Source: a virus. Taken from it: a stretch of 38,465 nt of DNA. Positions 8,814-15,303 of this stretch are shown piece by piece. A program made the position numbers and the translations under genes. Where the stretch lies: IMG/VR virus record IMGVR_UViG_3300018080_000066; one strand, given 5' to 3'. How positions within the stretch are numbered: position 1 is the stretch's first letter; each line of letters opens with the position of its first letter. The notes under the pieces are model-generated. The model had not been told where the DNA came from. It did not search any database and saw only the letters and a list, made by a program, of their open reading frames with translations.

Positions 8814-9338
8814 TCAGGGTCCGGCACCGACGGTCTCGGCCGACGGCCGGGGTTCAAAATCGAGCGTCCCCTGGGTGCGTTTGCCGTCGACGTAGGCCTC
8901 CGCCTCCTGCATCACCGTGCGGAGGGCGGCGACGGTCTCTGCGGGCAGGCAGACGTCATGCTGCTCGTCCGGGGCATCGGCGTTGTAGGGCCGCTCGGGC
9001 TTGTGCGGACAGTTGAGGATGAGCGGCGCGTTGCTCATCGACAACTCCACCAGGGCACAGACCGAGGCCCCCATGACCTCCCGGTCCTCGGTGTCGAGCC
9101 GCCAGGTGTAGGCGACGGAGATGGGCGTGAGACGGGGGAAGGTCGTCGGCGAGACCTCCAGCCATTCGCGGACGGCGGGCGCGAGGTCCGCCAGGGCCTT
9201 CTCCAGGTCCGGGTGCGGGAGGTCGCGGCAGGCGAGACTGTATTCGTCCGGATCGTCGTCATCTTTCCTCTTGCGGCGGAGATATTTGATTTGGACGCGG
9301 CCCTTGTGGACCTTCACCTTCGTGATGCGGCGTTGCAT
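8814..9338 (-). CDS. Hypothetical protein (174 aa)
   Basis: ATG 9338 is preceded by GAAAGGAGACTCGCC. Balanced, protein-like composition. Confidence 0.65.
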   Translation of the reverse strand: MQRRITKVKVHKGRVQIKYLRRKRKDDDDPDEYSLACRDLPHPDLEKALADLAPAVREWLEVSPTTFPRLTPISVAYTWRLDTEDREVMGASVCALVELSMSNAPLILNCPHKPERPYNADAPDEQHDVCLPAETVAALRTVMQEAEAYVDGKRTQGTLDFEPRPSAETVGAGP

Positions 9339-9642
9339 GGCGAGTCTCCTTTCGGTTGGGGGCGTGCGGCAGGAGGCGCAGGCAGCGGCGCCAGGAGCCG
9401 GCCTCGCACTCGACCTTTTTCACGGCATGGGCCAGGAGGACCCCGAGGACGAGGGCGACGATGGAATCGCTTACCGCCCGGCCGGAGTCGAATACGAAGC
9501 CCGAGACGACCTCCTCGGGCGTGACAACGACGAAGCAGACGCTCGGACTATTGAGAAGGCGCTGGGCCTTCTTGCGTTGGGCGGTCGATGTGTGGCGGAA
9601 CTCCTGGGGCGTCGGCAAATCAGGATCCTTTCCGATTGACAT
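9259..9642 (-). CDS. Hypothetical protein (127 aa)
   Basis: Internal ATG 9642 of the 176-aa ORF. It has a hydrophobic core segment, but the 3' end overlaps the next gene by 80 nt, so the true end is uncertain. Confidence 0.4.
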   Translation of the reverse strand: MSIGKDPDLPTPQEFRHTSTAQRKKAQRLLNSPSVCFVVVTPEEVVSGFVFDSGRAVSDSIVALVLGVLLAHAVKKVECEAGSWRRCLRLLPHAPNRKETRHATPHHEGEGPQGPRPNQISPPQEER

Positions 9643-9916
9643 CGCGCCGCGCGGCGGCGGCGAGAGCCTCGTCCAAGCGGATGTGGACGCGGACCTTGAG
9701 GAGGTCCTCGCCGCAGTCGCCGGCGCGGTGGACCAGGTACGCCCCGCCGGTCCGCAGGCTCTTGCGGCGGGCCGCGCGGAGGTCGGCAATCAGGTCGTCG
9801 ACGTCTTGCTTATTCGTCAGGCACAGCGTCGGCGCAGCGTGTGCGGACATGGCGGGTCTCCTGCCGAACCAGGTCGACCCGCTCAGATAGTGATGGCGTC
9901 GGTTGTGTGCGGACAT
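9620..9916 (-). CDS. First gene of the leftward operon; two in-frame duplicated SD+ATG starts (9916 gives 98 aa, 9850 gives 76 aa)
   Basis: Both ATGs sit in a duplicated 35-bp block containing AGGAGACCCG(C/T)CATGTCCGCACAC (the peptide starts MSAH in both cases). Confidence 0.5.
   Translation of the reverse strand: MSAHNRRHHYLSGSTWFGRRPAMSAHAAPTLCLTNKQDVDDLIADLRAARRKSLRTGGAYLVHRAGDCGEDLLKVRVHIRLDEALAAAARRDVNRKGS
9839..9873. repeat. 35-bp direct repeat, copy 1 (1 mismatch to copy 2)
   Basis: gtgtgcggacatgGcgggtctcctgccgaaccagg; period 66 bp to copy 2. Confidence 0.9.
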
Positions 9917-9939
9917 GACGGGTCTCCTGCCGAACCAGG
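9905..9939. repeat. 35-bp direct repeat, copy 2
   Basis: gtgtgcggacatgAcgggtctcctgccgaaccagg. Confidence 0.9.
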
Positions 9940-10039
9940 GAACCGGGCATCGAGGTGCCCGGCCCGGGGACATCCGCCTTTCCCGGACCGGGACTTGCGT
10001 GAGTGGGCGGGGGTGCGGCGCGGCGGCCCCCTTCTCGTT

Positions 10040-10072
10040 GGGGTTTTCGGACGGCGTCCTCCCCCAAAACCC
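10040..10072. promoter_or_regulatory. Nested imperfect palindrome abutting the -35 element (operator candidate)
   Basis: GGGGTTTT (10040-10047) pairs with AAAACCC (10066-10072). These flank the perfect 11-bp palindrome GGACGGCGTCC (10049-10059). Confidence 0.45.
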
Positions 10073-10074
10073 GC

Positions 10075-10103
10075 TTGTCATTGGGCCATTCTTGGGCTAT
10101 ACT
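10075..10103 (+). promoter_or_regulatory. Sigma70-type promoter TTGTCA-N17-TATACT, pointing toward the repressor gene
   Basis: Hexamers at 10075-10080 and 10098-10103 with an exact 17-nt spacer. The next credible start codon is at 10448. Confidence 0.6.
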
Positions 10104-10112
10104 ATGGGGGAC

Positions 10113-10317
10113 GGGCGAGACGACTTCTCCTCTACCAGAGCGCCCCCAGGGCGGATCGAGGGCGAGCGAGCGCAAAAGGCGGCCCCGGTCGTGTCTCGTG
10201 GACAAAGTCGGGCGAGACGATGTCGGGGAGGGACACAGACCGGGGCCAAGGCGTCGGCGTGGGCGAAACCCATCGTTCCGCCGGCCGTTGCTTCTGCGGG
10301 GTGGCATCGTCTCGCCC
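10113..10317. promoter_or_regulatory. Three copies of GGGCGAGACGA (two direct, one inverted) at 97-bp spacing inside the untranslated switch region
   Basis: 10113-10123 and 10210-10220 are direct; 10307-10317 is the reverse complement. Copies 2 and 3 extend to a 13-bp inverted pair (GGGCGAGACGATG / CATCGTCTCGCCC). Confidence 0.6.
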
Positions 10318-10335
10318 TCCGAGCGTGATGGGAGT

Positions 10336-10365
10336 AGTATCGGCAAAATGCAGGGCAGTCGTCAA
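10336..10365 (-). promoter_or_regulatory. Candidate leftward promoter TTGACG-N18-GATACT with an upstream T-rich tract
   Basis: The minus strand reads TTTTTTGCTTGACGACTGCCCTGCATTTTGCCGATACT. It would face the promoter at 10075. Confidence 0.35.
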
Positions 10366-10447
10366 GCAAAAAATGCCCGAAAGAGAGAAAAACTTTTCCA
10401 CTTGTTGTCCACAGACGTAACTTTTGTCGGGGGTGGGAGTTAGCGAT

Positions 10448-10816
10448 ATGCGTCTTTATCGGGAACGATTTGAGCAGGCCTTGCGGGCGAAGGGAATGAA
10501 GAAGAAGGTCCTGGCGGAGCACCTCGGCGTACACCGCAAGACTCTGACCAACTGGACTGCGGGCAAGAGCGGCCCGAACCGATTTCAACTGCAGGAGATA
10601 GCCCGGTTGCTGTACGTCTCGCCCGAAAGTTTGGTGGCCAAAGAGGACGCCCATTTGATTCCCATCCTGAGCGCCGGGACGGCCGGACCGTTGGCCGATC
10701 AACCCCCGCCTCACGAGAAGCCGGCGCACGTGGCTCGTTTTCAGTCCGGCCCGTTTCTGGTAGAGTTGCGGGCGTGGTACGTGGAGCAGGACCCGTTTCA
10801 GGAGAAGAATCAATGA
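10448..10816 (+). CDS. XRE/cI-family HTH transcriptional repressor
   Basis: HTH segment KKKVLAEHLGVHRKTLTNWTAGKSGPNRFQLQEIARLL. A LexA/cI-like IPILSAGTAGP motif is present, but no downstream S24 protease core is visible. Confidence 0.85.
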   Translation: MRLYRERFEQALRAKGMKKKVLAEHLGVHRKTLTNWTAGKSGPNRFQLQEIARLLYVSPESLVAKEDAHLIPILSAGTAGPLADQPPPHEKPAHVARFQSGPFLVELRAWYVEQDPFQEKNQ

Positions 10817-11229
10817 AGCACGCAAACGCAAAGACCTTCGCCACCATCGCGACCATCGTTGTTCTCGTTGTCGCATTCGCCCCATTTCTCTTCCTCGGCT
10901 ACTGCTGCCATTCGTGCATGGAACTCGGGGAACCAACCCCCGCTGAGAAGGCCCGCTACGAACAGTATGGCGACAAGATCGATGCTTGGGTTGCCGCCGA
11001 GGATTTTGTCAAAGATCACTTACGATCACCGGGCACGGCGGACTTCGGTTGGCAAAGGGCCGACAAGTGCGTCACAGATCTGGGTGAAGGCCAGTATTGC
11101 GTAAAAGGCTGGGTCGATGCGCAGAACGCCTTTGGAGCCATCGTGCGAAGCGACTTTACGTTGACCCTGAAATACACCGGCGATGACAAGTGGCAGTTGG
11201 TTGAAGGTCCAGTTTTGCAACAACGCTAG
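10813..11229 (+). CDS. Membrane-anchored protein in a lower-GC segment (moron; superinfection-exclusion candidate)
   Basis: The ATG overlaps the repressor stop (ATGA). N-terminal TM segment TFATIATIVVLVVAFAPFLFLGY, then a soluble domain with LRSPGTADF...VDAQNAFGA. Confidence 0.75.
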   Translation: MKHANAKTFATIATIVVLVVAFAPFLFLGYCCHSCMELGEPTPAEKARYEQYGDKIDAWVAAEDFVKDHLRSPGTADFGWQRADKCVTDLGEGQYCVKGWVDAQNAFGAIVRSDFTLTLKYTGDDKWQLVEGPVLQQR

Positions 11230-11422
11230 ATCATTCAGAGAGGAGGCGTAAGCGAGACCGTCTTGCTAAACCTGATCGGTTTTGGGGCATGCCTCACGAT
11301 GGCGAGCGTGACGGCCGCGCTTCTGGCCATTCTTGAACTTTTGCAATCCTTGGCCGGGAAGTGACCGTGGCGGGTGCGATGCTCGGCAACTCCTGAAGGC
11401 ATGGCCGCGGGAACGTAAGGGG

Positions 11423-11450
11423 TTGTCAAACAAGCGAATAGGGGGATAAT
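11423..11450 (+). promoter_or_regulatory. Sigma70-type promoter TTGTCA-N16-GATAAT
   Basis: Hexamers at 11423-11428 and 11445-11450, in an AT-richer intergenic stretch upstream of the nuclease-like gene. Confidence 0.5.
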
Positions 11451-11533
11451 AATAGTGCGGCTGTGCGGCCGCCATCTGCGCCTAATCGGCAATGGCGTTC
11501 GGGCCCTTGCCCGGACGCCCTTTTTGTCTGCCC

Positions 11534-12070
11534 ATGCCAAATCCTCTGCTCACGCGCATGCTCGATGGTTTGGCCGAGGCGGAGATCGAGAACCGCTTGG
11601 TCGTGTTCCTGGAGGCGAGCGGTCTCTTCCGGGTCTTCGCGCAAGTGGTGGGCCGAGCGCTCTGGGCGCCGTGCCCCGCCGCCGGCCGCGTGAGGGCGGA
11701 TGTAGTGGTCGTGGCTTCCCGTCGCGGATTGGCGGCGGGCTGGCGCGCAGGCCCCATCGTGTTCGAAGTCAAACGGCCAGACCGGGCGGCCGGCCCGGGG
11801 CTATGTCAAGTGATGGATTATCTTGAGTGTGCGTTCCGGCTGCCGAACGGCGTGGAGGTCTTGCCGTCGTTCGGTTTTCTCTTTCCGGCCCCCAAGATGC
11901 AAGGCCCGCTTGCCTCGGTCCTCGCGCAGAACCGCGCGGGCACCGCGCGCATCGACGGCGGCGGACTGTCCTGCTGGTGCGGCGAGCAGCGGGTCGTGAC
12001 GGTGGGGCAGGAGGGAATGCTCGACGTCGGTGTGACGAGCGTCGGCGTCAACTTCGGTGCCCGGCATTAG
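11534..12070 (+). CDS. PD-(D/E)xK-like nuclease-fold protein (putative)
   Basis: Motif spacing E(AEIENR)...D(RADVVVV)...E-V-K(IVFEVKR). The alternative start at 11492 is upstream. Confidence 0.5.
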   Translation: MPNPLLTRMLDGLAEAEIENRLVVFLEASGLFRVFAQVVGRALWAPCPAAGRVRADVVVVASRRGLAAGWRAGPIVFEVKRPDRAAGPGLCQVMDYLECAFRLPNGVEVLPSFGFLFPAPKMQGPLASVLAQNRAGTARIDGGGLSCWCGEQRVVTVGQEGMLDVGVTSVGVNFGARH

Positions 12071-12286
12071 GTACTACCGGCGGCCGATCTGATGGTGAGG
12101 GCGTCCGAAACAAACGCCGAAAACGGTAGTGTTTATTTCGCGGCGGCAGAGGGACGCCGAGCGCGGCCGGCGGCACTGGGGCTGACCGGCAGCGCCGTCG
12201 GTGGTGAAGCACCGGCGGTATTTTGCACGCTCGACGCCCAATCGAGACGCACGTTCTATCGGCACTGGGAGAAACGGCCTTGAGAA

Positions 12287-13816
12287 ATGCCGAGGGAAAA
12301 GATCGTCGCGGCCCTGAGGAAGTACGCGGTTTCAATGGACTCCATCGCGCCCGACCCGGCCAATGCGAGGCTGCACCCGGCGGCGAACCTCGATGCCATC
12401 CGGGGAAGTCTGCTGGCATTCGGTCAGCAGCGGCCAGTCGTCGTGGACTCGAAGGGCGTCATCGTCGCCGGCAACGGCCTCTACCAGGCGGCCCGGCTCT
12501 TGGGGTGGACGAAGATCGCCGCCGTGAAGACGGCCCTGAAGGGCGTCGACCGCGTGGGCTACGCCCTCGCCGACAACCGGACGGCCGAGTTGGCCGAATG
12601 GGACGAGGAAGCGCTTCTCGACCAACTCCAGGCCCTGGAGGGGGAGGTCGATCTGGCGGCCATCGGCTTCGACGAGGACGAACTGGCCCGGCTGCTGAAC
12701 CCGGATATGAAGGGAGGACTGGCGGACCCGGACGCCGTGCCAGAGCCACCGGACGAGGCGACGACCCAACCGGGCGACCTGTGGATTCTCGGTGACCATC
12801 GGCTGCTCTGCCGCGATGCCGGCAGCAGCGAAGACGTGGACCGGCTGTTGGGCGGCGAGGCCGTCCACCTCGTCAATACCGACCCGCCCTACAACGTGAA
12901 CGTCGAGCCGCGCAGCGCCACCGCCATCGCCGCCGGGGTCACTTCAATTTCGCGACGAGAGGATTTGCAATGCGAACACTCCACCACAGAAGGAGGCAAG
13001 CAGGACCGCGAGCGGAAACGGAAACGCAAAGAGGCCCAAGCACAGATGCACCATCAGGGGTTCGATGTCGCCCGCGGCGTTTCGGACCCCGCCAAGGCAC
13101 GCAAGAAGATGCGGGCGAAGGACCGGCCGCTCGAGAACGATTTCCTCTCGGCCGAGGACTTCGAGCGGCTGCTGCTGGCCTGGTTCGGCCAGATGGCCCG
13201 CGTCTTGGTGCCCGGCGGCGCCTTCTACATCTGGGGCGGGTACGCGAACCTCGGCAACTATCCCCCGGCCTTGAAGGCCTCGGGCCTCTACTTCAGCCAG
13301 GGGATTGTGTGGGACAAGAAGCACCCGGTCCTCACGCGCAAGGATTTCATGGGGGCGTTCGAGATGTGCTTCTACGGCTGGCGCGAGGGGGCCGGCCACC
13401 ACTTCTACGGGCCGAACAACGCCACCGACCTCTGGCACATGAAGAAGGTCAGCCCGCAGAAGATGACGCATCTGACAGAGAAGCCGGTCGAGCTGGCCGT
13501 CCGGGCCATCCAGTACTCCTCCAAACCCGGCGAGCACATCCTGGACCTCTTCGGCGGCTCGGGCTCGACGCTCATCGGCTGCGAGCAGATGGGCCGGCGG
13601 GCGTATCTCATGGAGATGGACCCGCTCTACTGCGACGTCATCGTCCAGCGGTGGGAAGAATTCACGGGCAAAAGGGCCGAACGGCCTACCAGCAGCACCA
13701 AGAAAAAGGGCAATCGGGCCAAGCGGAGTAGAAAGAAGAGTTCTAGTCGACCGAAGCGGGGCAGGAATCAACCGAAGAACACGCCCGCAGATGCGGGCGT
13801 GCAGGGAGATGCGTAA
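12287..13816 (+). CDS. ParB-like nuclease domain fused to a DPPY-type (N6-adenine/N4-cytosine) DNA methyltransferase
   Basis: N-terminal ParB/Srx-like region (DSIAPDPANARLH...QQRPVVV...VIVAGNGLYQAA). Motif IV TDPPYNV and AdoMet motif I LDLFGGSGST. Confidence 0.9.
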   Translation: MPREKIVAALRKYAVSMDSIAPDPANARLHPAANLDAIRGSLLAFGQQRPVVVDSKGVIVAGNGLYQAARLLGWTKIAAVKTALKGVDRVGYALADNRTAELAEWDEEALLDQLQALEGEVDLAAIGFDEDELARLLNPDMKGGLADPDAVPEPPDEATTQPGDLWILGDHRLLCRDAGSSEDVDRLLGGEAVHLVNTDPPYNVNVEPRSATAIAAGVTSISRREDLQCEHSTTEGGKQDRERKRKRKEAQAQMHHQGFDVARGVSDPAKARKKMRAKDRPLENDFLSAEDFERLLLAWFGQMARVLVPGGAFYIWGGYANLGNYPPALKASGLYFSQGIVWDKKHPVLTRKDFMGAFEMCFYGWREGAGHHFYGPNNATDLWHMKKVSPQKMTHLTEKPVELAVRAIQYSSKPGEHILDLFGGSGSTLIGCEQMGRRAYLMEMDPLYCDVIVQRWEEFTGKRAERPTSSTKKKGNRAKRSRKKSSSRPKRGRNQPKNTPADAGVQGDA

Positions 13817-13824
13817 TGCGACGG

Positions 13825-14478
13825 CTACTTCGCCAACTGGAACGTGCCGCGCCCGACCTTCTCAAACCGGGCGTCGCCGCCCTTCTTGGCGATCTCGCGG
13901 ATGAGGGCCGAGTAGAGCGTGGCCTCGGGCGTCTTACCCTTGGTCTGCCACCGGCCGGTCGCGAGGGCCTTCTCGACGATGGCCTTGGCGTTCATCGGCC
14001 CGTCGGCCTCGGCGAGGACCTCGGCCGCCAGGTCCAGCAGACTCGCCCGCTTCGCCTTGGGCTTCGGCTTCGTCTTCCGGCCCCGCTTCGCCGCGGCCTT
14101 GGCCCGGCGTTCCTTCTCGTTCTGCTTGCGGCGCTCCTCGGGGTCGGACCTGACCTTCTCGGCCACGTCCTTCCGCCACGCATCGACCTTGGCCTTCCTG
14201 GCGGCCTTGGCGTCGCCCTGGGCCGTCCTCTCGCCACCCACGTTGGCCCCTGTCGCATCTTCTTCACCGCCAGTGGCCATGCGTCGCCATTTGCCGTTCT
14301 TCTTGACCATCGCGTACCGCAACCGCCGGGCGCTCTTGATGCGGGCCTGCTTGCCGGTGACCTGGTTCGTACCGTCCCATCCGCCGCGCGGGTTCTCGGC
14401 GTCGATACTGACGGGGACGACCTTGCCGCTTACTTTGGCAGCGTACACGCCACCCAACTTCACGTCGGCCTGCTTCAT
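13825..14478 (-). CDS. HARE-HTH domain DNA-binding protein with a Lys/Arg-rich linker
   Basis: The C-terminal region LLDLAAEVLAEADGPMNAKAIVEKALATGRWQTKGKTPEATLYSALIREIAKKGGDARFEKVGRGTFQL matches the HARE-HTH pattern. GAGGAGG lies upstream of ATG 14478. Confidence 0.7.
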   Translation of the reverse strand: MKQADVKLGGVYAAKVSGKVVPVSIDAENPRGGWDGTNQVTGKQARIKSARRLRYAMVKKNGKWRRMATGGEEDATGANVGGERTAQGDAKAARKAKVDAWRKDVAEKVRSDPEERRKQNEKERRAKAAAKRGRKTKPKPKAKRASLLDLAAEVLAEADGPMNAKAIVEKALATGRWQTKGKTPEATLYSALIREIAKKGGDARFEKVGRGTFQLAK

Positions 14479-14544
14479 GGTTCGTCCTCCTCATCTGTGG
14501 TCGCGCGTGCCTGGCTTCGCAGGCAGGCGACCGGTTCGCGGAAA

Positions 14545-14811
14545 CTACCCTTCGAGCATGTCGCCGAGATATCGGACCAGTCTGCCGAGGTCGCGGTACG
14601 AGACGTAGGAGCACTCGTCGGCGAGCGTGCCCTCGTTCAGGATGGCGGCCGCGGCCCGGCGGAGGCTCCGGTTCACCGCCCGCCGCTCGTCGGGCACGGG
14701 CGGATGCTGGGGGTCCATATCCGCCCAGCCGGGGAACAGCGTGGTCCGCTCCGGCGGCATGGCCTCGAGCGCATCTCCGGCGTTTCGCAAGTGCGTGACG
14801 ACGTCCTTCAT
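14545..14811 (-). CDS. Hypothetical protein (88 aa)
   Basis: ATG 14811 is preceded by GAAAGGAGCAGGTC. Confidence 0.55.
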   Translation of the reverse strand: MKDVVTHLRNAGDALEAMPPERTTLFPGWADMDPQHPPVPDERRAVNRSLRRAAAAILNEGTLADECSYVSYRDLGRLVRYLGDMLEG

Positions 14812-14924
14812 GACCTGCTCCTTTCGATTTCGCGTTCCCATAGACAGTCATACATGCTTTCGGCCGGAAATCAAGGCGATTCCTTGGATTAGCTGCATAT
14901 TTTTTGGCCCGTAAGTGGCGTGTA

Positions 14925-14933
14925 GGGCGAGAC
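14925..14933. promoter_or_regulatory. Fourth copy of GGGCGAGAC, inside the inverted repeat GTAAGT-N15-ACTTAC upstream of the packaging operon
   Basis: gtaagtggcgtgtaGGGCGAGACttac at 14911-14937, in the divergent intergenic region 14842-14985. Confidence 0.5.
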
Positions 14934-14985
14934 TTACGCACATGGGCGAAAAAGTACCGAAATTCTCCTCTGGAGGTGACGCGCC

Positions 14986-15294
14986 GTGGCCAAGAAAAGG
15001 CGAAAACGGGCGAAGCGAAAGGCGGCGAAGCCGGCCGTCTCCGGCCAGATGGAGGAGCAGCTCTCGGCCTTGGTGGCCGCGGCGGGGGCGGGGCGGAAGG
15101 ACCTGGCGTGGCTGGATGAGGCCATTCGCGACGCCGGGTACATGCCGGCGGCGGAGGCGGTGACGGGGAAGGACCTGGAAGTCGCCTACGCCCGGATCGA
15201 GCGGATCATGCAGACGGTGGCGACGCCAGCCGAGAAGATCGCCGGCCGGGAATGGGCGGAGCGGGTCGAGAAGGCGTTTCGGGAGGTGAAGTAG
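14986..15294 (+). CDS. Hypothetical basic protein; small-terminase candidate by position only
   Basis: GTG start 6 nt after GGAGGTGA. Lys/Arg-rich N-terminus. Immediately upstream of the large terminase. Confidence 0.45.
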   Translation: MAKKRRKRAKRKAAKPAVSGQMEEQLSALVAAAGAGRKDLAWLDEAIRDAGYMPAAEAVTGKDLEVAYARIERIMQTVATPAEKIAGREWAERVEKAFREVK

Positions 15295-15303
15295 GAGGCG
15301 GGC

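Noticed and set aside
10104-10328. An ORF beginning at the ATG immediately after the -10 element (ATGGGGGAC...), part of the 141-aa track ORF 9903-10328.
   Set aside because: The ATG would lie upstream of, or at, the expected transcription start. There is no SD, and the translation is Arg/Gly/Ala-rich. The region is better explained as an untranslated regulatory or structured leader.
11235-11540. 101-aa and 69-aa minus-strand ORFs in the gap after the moron.
   Set aside because: They have no SD and an odd composition. They overlap a promoter-like element for the plus-strand nuclease gene, so the region is treated as intergenic.
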